DNA of 61,215 bases, counting the filler, from Sphacelaria rigidula (Eukaryota), in NCBI GenBank assembly GCA_964200075.2. It is 10 parts of 10 records of this genome, joined end to end, with 100 filler letters (N's around TTAATTAATTAA, not from the genome) between each part and the next. Parts side by side here need not be neighbours in the genome. Positions count along the whole stretch, not along the records: positions 36,793 to 42,823 come from CAXNAA020022684.1; positions 42,924 to 48,954 come from CAXNAA020022685.1; positions 49,055 to 55,085 come from CAXNAA020022686.1; 7 more parts are not named here. One strand, written 5' to 3'. The notes under the pieces are model-generated. The model was given only the letters and a program-made list of their open reading frames with translations. It ran no database searches and was not told the origin of the DNA. A program made the translations under genes and the position numbers. Positions 38,480-50,580 of this stretch are shown piece after piece. Numbering within the stretch: the first letter of the stretch is position 1; each line of letters opens with the position of its first letter.

Positions 38480-38776
38480 GTACGTTTTTTTGTGTGTGTA
38501 CCATTGTGCTCGTGCCGGGTATTCTTAGATGTTCAAGTGATGCATTTATGCGCATTCTGGGTTAAGCCACCCACGCTACTTTGAGGGGCATGGGTTTTGT
38601 AGGGCGTTTCCTGACATGTCGTGTATCTACCTTGACCGGCGTCCATGGATTATCTAGATGGAGCACAAGCTGTTGAGGGGAGGGGGTTTTCGCCCGGATG
38701 GCTGGGTTTCCCTCTTGAAACCTTTTTTTTTTAGAGAGAGAAACCCACGACGACTGATGTACCGGTTCAGAGGGGG

Positions 38777-39025
38777 TGTTCATGTGAGCAGGTGCACTGA
38801 GTGAACATGCACATGTGCGGATAGAATGATGCGGACGTGCGGGTACTGGTAGTCGAGTGTGTGTGACTACAGTAACCCGCTCGTGGCAGCTACCGCGCTG
38901 CCTGCTGAGCTCACTCAAGATCTGATCCCTCAGTCATAGGTTCGACTCAGTATTGGCACTCTCCGATAATATAAAAGATAAAACATCTATTCTTCGCCAC
39001 GGGCCACGGAATACCCTATGGGCCC
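38777..39025 (+). repeat. Possible LTR followed by degenerate PBS (tatgggccc)
   Basis: Purine tract agaggggg then TGTT at 38777; tatgggccc at 39017-39025; leader at 39045-39075 resembles the copia leader at 45710-45735 (reverse). Confidence 0.4.
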
Positions 39026-39279
39026 GGAGCCGGTCCGTGGCAGAGCCCACCGTTGCGCGACAGGAGCTTAATCTTGACCTGTCCGACTTGGAGCGGGAAA
39101 GTTCAGCCCCCAACCCTCAAATATATAACGGAGCCTAAACGATGCTTCCTTGCTGCATTTCTTCGAGCGTTCATCCATAACTGGGCGAAGATTTATCATG
39201 GGGTCAGGATCCGTTGTTGCCTTCGTGCCCGACTGATACCGTATCCCTTATAATCGTCATCAGACAGTAAGTGTTAAAA

Positions 39280-41330
39280 AAAAGACACACTGGTGATACC
39301 CACCGTTTCAATGCAGACCGGGCCCCCAGCACCTTCCGCTGCACGAGCTGTGACTGTGACACACTCCTCTAGTACAAATCTACACATCCTCCAAATTTCG
39401 GCGTCATCACAAGACAGGTGTGAATTATCTTGACGCCTCACTTTCCAAAACACCGCCTCCATATCATGTGAAAGGAACAACATCGAGTCCGCTGTCACGA
39501 CTGACATGCATGTTGACCAATATTGTTTACACAGATGTGTCGCGATTGCCGCCCCCCGAGTAGCCGGTGGCACATGACTGGATAGTGGGTTATACGGGCA
39601 AGGTAGTACAGACAGTACTGTAAAGCACATCAAGCAGCATGCAAAATTATCGGTACGTTTGTACATGTATTTTAGTACAAGTACCTATCTGGCATATAAA
39701 GCATACAACCCTCTGTGAGTGTACTGTACTGTACTGTTTCTTCAGTACTTGTAGTTGCGCGTTAGCGCTCAACCTGCATCAACTTGAACCTAACCAGTAT
39801 ACCAAGTCTCACCTCCTCCAGTATTGCTGTTGCCATCGCTCGTCCGTTGACAAGGTTTGCTCTCGGCCTCTTCACACCCGCACCTCCCCCACCATCTACC
39901 CCGCCAGTAGTGGATTCCGACCCGCCCTCGGGTGATGTTGCACCTGCTGTAGTGGTGAATCCAGACGTTACGTCAAGATTGCGACGCGCTCTTCTACCCG
40001 CAACGACAACAACTCGATGATGTCCATGATGAATTCTCCGGTGATGTATAGAACACCGCATGAATGTAGCTGCATTCATGTCTACTCTTGCAAGCTCCTT
40101 TGTTGGCTAGCAGCAGCGCGCTGAACTAGACGGCTGCTCTGCGCAGCTGCTGCATGACAACCATCTCACCGCATATTGGGTGTGTAGGATAGCTATAGAA
40201 CATGCGTGAATAATGAAAAACAACCAGTATACCACGCGAACAGTAGGTTTTGCAGACAATTCAGTAGTTCCCAGTCTCCTGCCTCGGTTTCCGACGGCAG
40301 GTGCCGCGCCCAGAGGTACAAGTGTGGCCGCACTGGGCAATAGGGACCTCTATCACGAAGCCTCTCCCACCTGTAGTGGTACAGCAATACATACCACTCT
40401 CTTATTCTCACTGGCGATCTCTCTCCCAACTTTCACTGAAAGAGCTTGGTGTAGTACAGTCAGGAGGCGAGGTACAGCAGTAGTACAAAGAACCGTAACA
40501 GGAGACAACACATCGGAGAAAATGGCTGTTCGGCCTCCCCCGTTACCCGAACGCCCTACGTCTTCCAGCCATATGAACATCAACAGAGAGCTCCTGAAGC
40601 TCATGAGGCCTGGAAGGATTGGAGGCAATCGTCGGTAAGATGGTGACAATGTCATCGTGTATATGCAAACGTGAGAGCGTGGGTTATCTTGCCAACAGTT
40701 CAATCACGCGGCGGTTCTTTCATGTTGCAGTCTGTAGGCAGGTAGGCAGGTAACACTAGACTTTTGGCGCCATATTTTAGATGGCGCTTTTCGCAACAGT
40801 CAGTCCAACACACAACAGGTGCAGCAGCAGAGTACGGACAGCAGTACCGCATGTCCAGATGGCAGACGGTCGATATTGTTTTTAGCGCTTGTGATGATAA
40901 GCAGTACTGCTTGCCCTTGATTTCAATGTCGATGCTCGTTGGCTCTATGCGGCTGAGGTGCGTTGCCTGGAGATGAGATGAAAAATTCTTGCTCCCCCTC
41001 CCGGATAGTTTCGGCATGGTTTCGCGGTCACCGATGATCGCTGGAAATTTGGAAAAAATGGAGATGCATGCCTCTATATTCTCCGCAGCCGTTTGGTCGA
41101 ACCACACAATCCAGCACCGCTGTACAACAACAGTACGTACAGTTCGTCAATTGACACGTATACGCAAATAGTTTGGAGCAGATGAATCCATGAGTTGTAG
41201 GCGCTCCTTGTGTGCACAACAGCACCGCACAGAGTGCAAACAGACAAGTGTCCACTCCGGTCGAGCACACGACCATCTTTAGTGATCTTGTTTCGTAACT
41301 TATGGAATGGTTCAGTCAGTACCATCTGTA
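39280..41330 (-). CDS. Probable multi-exon gene fragment(s), product unknown
   Basis: Several short AG...GT-bounded open segments (about 40545-40610, 40232-40370, 39813-40079 ending GAG|gtgaga); no recognised domain and frame not resolved. Confidence 0.25.
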
Positions 41331-42714
41331 TTCAGTATTTCAGACTTCGGCGATCACTCTTGTAGTACTGACTACTTACTGTGAAATCCTGCATCACCGA
41401 GCCGTGTTCAAGTACCCTGTGACCGACAAACGAGAGAGAAGAACAAAGAAATTGTTACTGGTGACGTCGCATCTCTGAGCAATGAGAGATGAACTTAAAA
41501 CCCGGCGCAGCACGTGACCCTCCTTCAAATTGGCACGCCAATTGTGTCTCACCGTACCGACGTCTGTGCATACATTTTCACTGGCGCCCTTTTGTGTTTA
41601 AATTTTGATCTCATTTGAAAACACCAGCACAGAGGATGTTAGTTGACATCAGTAGAACTGGGGATACATCGGAATATTTGTTTTTGGTGCACAACACCCG
41701 TCATCAGTATAAGTAGGAGGGCTTGCGCTCAAAAACGCGATGCCGCGCTCATGAATTGTATCAAGCTAGTCGTTCATGCATAAGCCACGACCAGCAATTA
41801 GCTATTTATAATCCAATGTACAGATATACATCTGGCGATATTCGGGGAAGGACCAGCGTGACCAGTTGTTGTTCCAGGACTTGGTAAATGGTGTGTGGGT
41901 GGATTCATTATATTTCTACAGGTTGTGGCCTAAGGACACGACGATATGCGTTTCCTAGTATCGGGTGGGCACCAATTCAACAATAGCCGGTGGCCATTTA
42001 TCGGCGTGATGCCCGTCATCTCCGCGTTCCTCGGCAGGCTCTTGTCCTCCTCTCTTGACGGTCGTGGTAGGTCAGCTGTTGGATCATTATTTTCACTTGA
42101 AAACTGAGTAGAAGACCCCGACGACCCACCCTGGCGGTCAAAAAGGTTATCCTATCTTTTAGAAATACCAGTTTTCTCCATTTATTATTATCATACTTTT
42201 TTTTCGCACCCTCCCTTTGTCGAGTTTCATTCATGATCGCGAGCGTTTTCGTTTCGCTTATCTTGGGTACGCCTCACATATATAATGACCACGGCTGGAT
42301 CCCCCGAGGATCAGTCGTGTGCGATAATCAATCAATCGATCGATCAATATTCAAGTGTGTCAATAAATAATTCGTGAGTATCCATACCCGACTGCCGTCT
42401 AGGCATATATCGTGACTTTCAGCTTATTTCGGAACAGTTATGCTTCGGTCGATGTAGTAAAGGTCAACGTGAGCGTTTTATGAAACGGATTACGCAGCAA
42501 ACCTTGAAGACCCTCCTTTCCCGACATACAATACTACATATCTTGCTCGGCGGTGTGCTACGGATTGTGCGTACTTTCTGCAAACATTGAAAGTGCGTGT
42601 GAGTCGACAGTTTATCGACAGTGATCAAACGCTGTGGAATGTCATTCAATACAAGAGTCACTGCACTGTAACAGCATTTCACATGTACTGAATCTACCGC
42701 ACATGTGCATTTTC

Positions 42715-42761
<47 letters not shown>

Positions 42762-42823
42762 CCCTCCTCCTTCTGCTGGTGTGTGCTGCGCGGGCCGTTA
42801 GGTGTGTCCCACGATGCGTACGG

Positions 42824-42923
42824 NNNNNNNNNNNNNNNNNNNNNNNNNNNNNNNNNNNNNNNNNNNNTTAATTAATTAANNNNNNNNNNNNNNNNNNNNN
42901 NNNNNNNNNNNNNNNNNNNNNNN
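42824..42923. other. Artificial contig linker
   Basis: N44-TTAATTAATTAA-N44. Confidence 0.98.
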
Positions 42924-45657
42924 TCGGAGGCGAGATGATCATCATATCCAGCATCGCTTGCTGCATCAAAGCGCAGCTTTTCCCGAGCGATGTTGTCTCG
43001 TTGCATGCCCCTGATTTCCTGTCGAAGAAGCTCGTTCTGCGTCTGGAAGTTCAACTCGTCAACGTGCGATCCACTGAAGTCATCAGTCGATCCGTCGTTT
43101 CCAAGCAAGGAAGTGAAGCTCAGGACATCACTTTCGTAGCCATGGTTATCATCGGAGAATTAGTAGGGGACGGTCCGAGCCGGTGTGTCGATGAAAGTCA
43201 CATTTCGGCTCTCGACCACAGTTCCGTTGGATGGGTTGTAGACGCGGTAAGTCTTGCTGTCCAGTCCGAATCTACAGAGTTTGCCCTCGAAAGCCCTGTC
43301 TTCCAGCTTCTTCTTGAACCGCTCGTGATGGACAAATGCGCGGGCTCCCATAATGCGAAGTCGTGAGAGGTCGGGCGTCTTGTTATACATCCTCGAGTAC
43401 GGCGAAGCTCCTCCTAACGCCGAGTGCGGCGATCTGTTGGCCAGAAATGCCGCAGTGAGCATCAGTTCGCCCCACATGAACGGCGGGAAGTCTCCATCTC
43501 GTAAGAGACACCTCGTGATCCCTGCCAGGGTCTGGCCGTCTCTCTCTGACACACCGATTGTTGAGGGATATTGGTGGCGGTGTACTCGATCTTGATTCCA
43601 GAGTCCTTGCAGTAGGTTCGGAACTCCTCCCCGGTATTCTCTCCTCCTTTGTCGCATCGAATAATTTTAATGCGGTAGTCCCCGGCAGCCGCCACTTGCA
43701 TGTTGTGGGCGTGAAGGGCTTCCGTTGTCTCGTTCTTGTGGCGGAGCAGGAATACTTCCTTCATTCTTGAGTAACCATCGGTGAACTTGCACACATAGGA
43801 GAATGTGCCTCCTTTCGACCTCGCAGGTGGCTGGATCGATCCCATGTTGTTGATGTATATCGGTTGTCCTGGTCGAGACAGCTGGCGAGTGGTCTTCCTC
43901 GGGTGAGAAGTTTGCTTGTGCTTGGCGTTCTCGCATACGTCGCAGGGTGATGGTTTGTTCTGGTATTCGACGCCAGTGCCTTTTTGCCGGCGCAAGATGT
44001 CCATGCTGCGCTGATTGAGGTGTCCAAGCCTCCGGTGCCAAATGTCTGCGCTTACCGCGAGAGAACACACCGCACTGGGTTTGTTGACCAGCGTTGTGGT
44101 CTCGGGTCTTCCGAAGGCGCTCGGTCCGGCCTCCTTCCTCGGTGGCTTGGAGACGGATGTCGCAGTTGTGATGTTTTCCTCGAAGCCTACGTCCAGTGTG
44201 TACATCACTTGGTCTCGCGGATCCTGTGTGAGAGGTACGACTGCGCCATGCATTGTGAGGTGTGGAGTGTCCTCTTCGTCGACGAATCTAAGTCCCTTCT
44301 TCAGAAGCGATGTGGGCGAAAAGATGTTGCGTCCTAGACCTGGAACGATGAGGCCCTGTATTCGTACTGGCAGTTGATGCCCATTGTCGTCCTTGATTGT
44401 GCAGTGTAGGATCCCTGTCGCCGTTCCTTTCAGTTGACCCTGACCGGCTACTTCGATAATCTTCGGCGTGGAGCGCTCCTTGTAATCGCGGATGTGTCTC
44501 CTCGAGATGAGTCTGTCATCGAACATGGTCTCTGATGCGCCCGAGTCTACCATAAATGGCGTTCTTGTGGCGCTCGCTGTGAAGTTCCATCCTCTATTCG
44601 GAGAGCACGTAGCGAACATGAAGCCGCCGTCGAAGTCGTCCTCTTTGCGGGTGAAGTCGATAGCTGCCCTCTCGTTGCTCGTTTCTTTGCTTGTCGAAAA
44701 TGATGCGCAGTACGCGCAGTGCGAGCATGCCGAGAATACCTTGCTTACTTCCTTCGTCTCTTCGGGTCGCTTTGCTCCTTTCTTGTAGCATTCTCCGTCC
44801 GAGTGAGTCGTGGTGTTGTGGATGGCGCACCATTTTTTCGCTCCAGCGGGCTTCGTTTTCTTCTTCCCTTTGGGCTTGAACCTCGGACAGTTCCTCCTGA
44901 TGTGCCCGGTTTCGTTGCAGTCGTGACAGACCACTTCAGACACCGCAGTAGTCATTGAAAATCCTCGACCGGTAATTCGCCCGTTCGAGCCTTTGCATGA
45001 TTGCGCGTCCATAAAAATGTGGCGCAATGTCGATTGCATTGGTATCACGTCGAACGTGGGGTCGCGAAACATCATCTTGACGTCGTTGTACTCGTCGGAG
45101 AAGCCTTGCACGCAGATGTCCTCGAATCGACGATCGGAGATAGTCTCCCCCATTTTCTCGATCTGTGCGCGAAGAAGATGTTTCTGGTTGAAATAGTCGT
45201 CCGGGTTCGCACCAGTGTTCAATGGGGAGTTCTCCAGCTCCGACATCTTTGCTCGAATCACCTCATCGGTCACTCTGTCGTAGTTGCTGCAGAGTTCTTT
45301 GAAGGCTGCCTGTCCGTCGCCGCTGATCCCGTTGCTATCTTCATGCTTGTGTACCGACAAGGCGGCCGGTAGTTCGACGAGTAGAAACAGGATGGCGTAG
45401 AAATCTTCGTTCGATCTTGTGTATGCCTCAACAGCTTCGATGTCACTTGGATCTGGCTTCCTTTCGTCCTTGAGGAGTGGCGAAATGTCCCTCTGTGTTA
45501 CTCCCAAGACAACGCACAGCTTCTTCATCCAGTTCTTGAATTCAGCCGGATCCTTTCCGTCGAACTTCTTGAGCCCTCTGATGGCGTTGCTCAGGTTGGT
45601 GGAGCTATCGGCTCCGACAGCTATGCCGCCTCCAACCGTTCTTGAAGCCTCGGTCAT
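42924..45657 (-). mobile_element. Ty1/copia gag-protease-integrase (731-aa ORF, then frameshift in integrase; truncated at contig end)
   Basis: Zinc knuckle CHDCNETGHIRRNC, protease MVDSGAS, WHRRLGH...CDVC, CDKGGE, continuation GVSER...WGE...NRSPHSAL in ORF 43160..43657. Confidence 0.95.
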
Positions 45658-46239
45658 TGTTCGCTTGCAGCGAAGACTTTGAGATCTTCGTCTCCTGCTT
45701 TGCTGTGTAGATCTAACTCCTGCCGCAGGAGTGTGATTGCTCGCGGTAAAGTATGTACCCGAGGCTTCCCGACCCCGCTCCTGCTAGTGATATATAGGAC
45801 TCCGGTTGTAGGTCGTCTTCCCGATCCCGCTCCTGCTAACGATGTATAGGACTCCGGTTGTTGATCGTCTTTTCCACTGCTGTGTAGATACACCAGTAGT
45901 CGCGTTTCCTTCTGCCGCAGAAGAACTTGCTCGAAGTGTAAGAAACTCGAGGCTTTCCCACGCGACGCAAACTTGCTGATGGCTCACCGCAGATGCACCC
46001 AGTACTGCCGCAGTAGTGGTGATGTGTGTATATCAAAGGTGAATCCCAGCACCCTGGTGTAGATGACCGAATTTGCGCGCTTACTTTTGTTGCCGTTGAC
46101 CGCTGCCAGCGCCGCAATCTCCGGAGATCTTCGAGACCAAATGTTTCTTGTGTCCACGGACCAATTTTGATATGCAGCGAGAAGGCTTGTCTTGACCTCC
46201 CCGTGATGTCCGCAGCTCGTGGTGTACGCGCTTAAGCGA

Positions 46240-46250
46240 GGCTCATAACC
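46240..46250 (-). promoter_or_regulatory. Copia primer-binding site GGTTATGAGCC
   Basis: Directly abuts LTR end (...CTCTCA|GGTTATGAGCC); same type as Drosophila copia/Ty5 PBSs that use the anticodon region of cleaved initiator tRNA-Met. Confidence 0.8.
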
Positions 46251-46969
46251 TGAGAGTGTCAAGCGTCCTGCAGCTGCAGCGGTGCTGTGCTGCGTGTGCT
46301 TTGTAGACTGAGTAGCCTACCGCGGAGGATTACACTCGGGCCATGGTTTGATCCATCAGAGAATTTGACTGAAAAAATGAAGATGTTTATTGTTGACTGA
46401 CTCCCGAAGTCAAGTTCTTGCTCATGGTGATGAAGAAGAGAAGTAGTAGAGGAGTTATCAGATGGGCAAGCACCAAGTGTGCGAGCCTACCGATCAGCTA
46501 ATGAACTTCCAGAACGTCCACACGTCTAGAACACTCGCGGGATATTTCAACCGATAACTCCCGATCAATCCCCCGAAAACTTGTTCTGGAAACATAATGT
46601 ACCGCAGAATATACCGCAGACTATTTCTGGAACATTCAAATGATTTCTTACTTGTTTATGATAACTTACGATAGATAGTAGTCGTTACCAATGGCTGATA
46701 TTGAATATTCCAACACTTCCTCATATACACAGAATCCAGAACCATCTAGATCTACGAAGAACGTTCTTGAAGTGTTTCCAGAAGAACTCAGCAGACTTAC
46801 AGCAAGTTCTACGGAGATACAGCAACCCGTGTACTAGTCAGATCCTTTTCTTGGTTGCACCTGTACTGCTACTGCTGTTACTGCCCAGACTGAGACTAGT
46901 TGCTGCAATCGTCGACAAAGGTGAACCTGTGTCTGATTGCTTGCATTCATACATACCATTTCCCTGACA
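46251..46969 (-). repeat. 719-bp LTR shared between upstream RT-RNase H and downstream gag
   Basis: TGTCAG...CTCTCA termini, preceded by purine-rich gaggggtcg and followed by PBS. Confidence 0.75.
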
Positions 46970-47256
46970 CGACCCCTCGATCAGGCAACTAGTTCAAGAT
47001 AATAGAGGGAGCATTGAAAAGCTTGCCAACTGCCTCGACCCCTTGGCCAGTATCGTATCAAAAGTATTCTACCACACACGACCGATCCCTGATCATGAAA
47101 ACAAAATACACCAGATATAACGACTGGTCCAGTGATCATCCTTCTCGACCCCTTATTTGGCTACGTATCAAAACTAGAGAGACAAAAAATAAACGCTTAT
47201 CCGATGCAGACCTTTTGCGCCTATCCAAGTCTCCATGACTTTTTCACGTCCTTTAT

Positions 47257-48880
47257 TCAACAACTGAAGTCCTTGATCTGTTTCACAATTGAAGCGAGAT
47301 GGTGCTTCGGTAGATGCTTTGTCGCCAAGTCAGCGAGCTGTTTCTCGCTGGACTGGTGGTGGAGCCTGATTCGGTTCCGCGTGATGAGATTCCTCATGCA
47401 GAAGTAGTGGACTACTATGTGCTTGGTACGAGAGCTGAACATAGCATTCCCTGCCACAGTCAAAGCTCCGGTGCTGTCGCTGTTGATAGGCACCGATCCG
47501 AAGGTCTTGAATCCAAGTTCCCTCATGAAGTTCGAGAGATACACCGCTTCCCTGGCACCAAAGAGAAGCGCTTGAAGCTCAGCTTCGACTGTGCTTTCCG
47601 CTGTGAGAGACTGAGTCTTGGACCCGAAGCTGATGAGTCCCCCTGCCAGAAAGAAGAGTTATCCAGTCGTGCATTTCCCGTTGTCTTGGTTTGCTCCAAA
47701 GGATGAGTCGGTGAATGCCGTGAGTCGGAATTGTCCCTGCTTGTAGACAATGGGAAGATCCGGGGCGCCGCGAAGGTATCGTAGCACATGCTTGGCTGCA
47801 GTCAGATGCACCTGTGCTGGGTTGTTGCATGCTCTCGTCAGTTGGTGAGCTGCATAACACAGGTCGTATCTTGCGCATTGAGCAAGGTAGAGCAGGCTCC
47901 CCGTGATGGACTGGTACAATTTCGTATCTGCGGCTCCAAGAAGCTGATCTTGAGGTTGATCCGTGGAGAGCTCTCCTCCGTATCCTGGCGTGCTAACCAG
48001 ATTGGCCTCTTGCATTCCAAATCGTTCCAGAATCGTGGCGACGTAGTGCTCTTGCGAGAGAGCCATCGCCCCGCGTTCGTAATCCCTCTGGACCTCGATG
48101 CCGAGAATGCGCTTGACTTCTCCCATGTCGGTCATCTCGAACCGATCCATGAGTTCCTTCTTCTTCTTCCTGGCCAAGTCCTGATCCTTTCCAGTGATGA
48201 GGATGTCGTCGACGTATACGGTGAGGATTACCAGAGTGTCGCCGCTTCCGTAGACATATACGCAGGGGTCTGACTGCGTACGTTTCCATTCGAACACGAC
48301 GAGTGCTTCGTCCAGAGTGTCATTCCACACAGACGGGGACTGTGACAATCCGTAGAGGCTGCGCTCTATCTTGTAAACTACTGGCTCGCCTTTCACGGGG
48401 TCCTTGGGACTGTCGCCTGGGGCGGGTTTTGTAATGCGTGAGAGGACCGCGTGCTTAGAGGACCGCGCCGTAGTTCAAAACACCTCAGCATCGACGTTTT
48501 TCGAAACCAATCGGGTCAGTCCCTGGAGGTACCACGCCCCTGACCTCAACCCCAACTCTAACCCAAACCCTAACCCTAACCCTAACCATAGGAATGTTCA
48601 AATTTCGATGCGGTCCTCTAAGCACGCGGTCCTCTCACGCATTACAGGTCTGACGTACACGTCTCTGTCGCAGTGAGCGTTCAGGAATGCCACCACCACG
48701 TCCATTTGATAAACTGGCCACCCTTTGTCGCAGGCTATGGCCAGCACCATACGAATACTCCCAAGACGACATACTGACACGTAGCTCCTCCCGTAGTCAT
48801 GTCCTGCTTCTTGTAGGTGTCCACCGACGACCAAGCGTGCTTTGAAGCGACCATCCACTTTTTGCTTGAAGACGAACTTT
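47257..48880 (-). mobile_element. Ty1/copia RT-RNase H pseudogene interrupted by a MITE
   Basis: FKARLVVGG, QMDVVVAFLN, RSLYGLSQSP, VYVDDIL, FTDSSF, RTKHI, QLADLATKHL; stop at 47659-47661. Confidence 0.95.
48430..48646. mobile_element. 217-bp MITE, TGT...ACA termini, 5-bp TSD, internal (CCCTAA)n
   Basis: 37-bp perfect TIR tgtaatgcgtgagaggaccgcgtgcttagaggaccgc; flanks ggttt/ggtct; removing it plus one TSD restores RT frame DVYV(K/R)PAPG. Confidence 0.85.
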
Positions 48881-48882
48881 GT

Positions 48883-48954
48883 GGGGCGTACTCATTTGTT
48901 GCTTGCCTTAGTCATTTGACCATTGACCACGCATCCCTTTCGAGACGGAGCACC
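48883..48954 (-). mobile_element. LINE family D 3' end inserted in the copia RT
   Basis: Reverse complement of 18436-18503. Confidence 0.7.
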
Positions 48955-49054
48955 NNNNNNNNNNNNNNNNNNNNNNNNNNNNNNNNNNNNNNNNNNNNTT
49001 AATTAATTAANNNNNNNNNNNNNNNNNNNNNNNNNNNNNNNNNNNNNNNNNNNN
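48955..49054. other. Artificial contig linker
   Basis: N44-TTAATTAATTAA-N44. Confidence 0.98.
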
Positions 49055-50202
49055 CCCCCCCCCCCCCCCCTCCAAGTATACCCGCCGCCCACCCCCACCC
49101 CCCCACCCCCCCCGCGAGCGTCACTAGGCTCTATCGCAGTAACAAAATCGGGGCGTTGGGTATCGTACGGTATGCACCTAACGGTAGCTTCCTGTATTAC
49201 GCACGCTACAATGATATTCTCCGAAATGCGCCCGATAGTCATACAATGTTTCCCTCCCCGGTTTCCAATTATAACATCCCGCATTCAGATTAATACGGAT
49301 TCTTACCCCTCATTTCTTTATTCTCTCAAAAAATCGAGACGGAGATTCCTAACCGTGAAGTTCTTCACATCTGTCGCGCTCTGTGTTTCGTTCGATCGTA
49401 TGTGGTAGTGCATGAGCCGTAGTATACGGCCTCGACCCCATTGTCTTCCCCTTTGTAGTACGTGAGCCACGGGCGCTATCTGCGGCAGATAACCGCGGGA
49501 TACAAACTTAACCTCAACCCACATCATATCCAAGGTCACCGGGACCCTTTCAGATATCAACCCCTGCATTTCTGTAAGATCCTTGGCGAACTCCTCCACC
49601 ATCATAGAGTCATCTTACGACAGTGGGATGATGGGGTGTTTGGTTGAACGAAAATAGAGGTTCATGGGTGCGTCAGACGACCTGCCGACTCCATGTGCGC
49701 TTGAATTCAGTCTCAAACCGTGCCAAGCATTACGAATAAGCGTTATTCATCTATGGTAACCTCGCTCGAACAAGCACTGCTGCTTTCAACACCATATTGG
49801 CTTGGAACTTCGTGCGAGAAGTGGTCCGAAACACCCCCCCCCCCTATCGTAAGATGACTCCACAGATCCGCCTTGAATCGCCGATAAGTCACTAATTTCG
49901 CGTCCTACCACCTGGAAAACAACGAGCAGGACGTGGACATCGGCGGAAAACCCAACGGCGCTTACGTGGAAACGCTACCTACCCTCATAACGCCACAAGG
50001 ACCAAACCGGGCGGCCGTCATGATATCAGTTTTTGCGCCGAAATTTGGTCTGTCGACATCGAGGGGGGGCGCCGTGGCAACGCAGACCTCTTCCTCGGCG
50101 AGGGTGAGTTCCAGCGCCAACAGTTGTATCTGGTTACTACGCACATTTATCGTCACGTCGGTATGTTGTTCATTCCATCTACTTCGCAGGTTGTTCATTT
50201 TT

Positions 50203-50447
50203 GACACTTTCTACGATAGCCCCCTCCAAACAAGTGCATGGTTTCGAGAGGCAAAATCTCCACGTAAATCGAGATGGGAAAAGCCGAGCACAGCGAGAAG
50301 GTGGGAATTCCCACGCTTGGGTTCGTTCTAGCCAGTCGCCAATATGAGGCGCTTCATGCAGTCTGAACCCGAACATCAGACGCTTTATGGCCATTTTTTT
50401 CGTGACACTTTTAGCTGGTTTTGGGGGGGGCTATCGTAGAAAGTGTC
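50203..50447. mobile_element. 245-bp MITE in a T-run
   Basis: TIR gacactttctacgatagccccc / gggggctatcgtagaaagtgtc, ttttt on both sides. Confidence 0.7.
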
Positions 50448-50449
50448 TT

Positions 50450-50580
50450 TTTATTCGCACGCTGAACTCCGCCCCTTACCGAGGGACGACTCAAAGGTCA
50501 CAAGGGCTCAACCCGTCTCTCCCCGGCATACGCCTTGAATTGTTATATCGCGGACAAGGTAAGCACACCAGCACGCCGTA
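50450..50580 (-). repeat. SINE-like family A body copy
   Basis: Reverse reads tccgcga....aattcaaggcgtatgccggggagagacgggttgagccc. Confidence 0.6.

Noticed and set aside
39813..40079. FolD-like N-terminus (ANLVNGRAMATAILEE before a gtgaga donor)
   Set aside because: Only a short resemblance; no following PxLAVxxVG-type exon was found in the contig.
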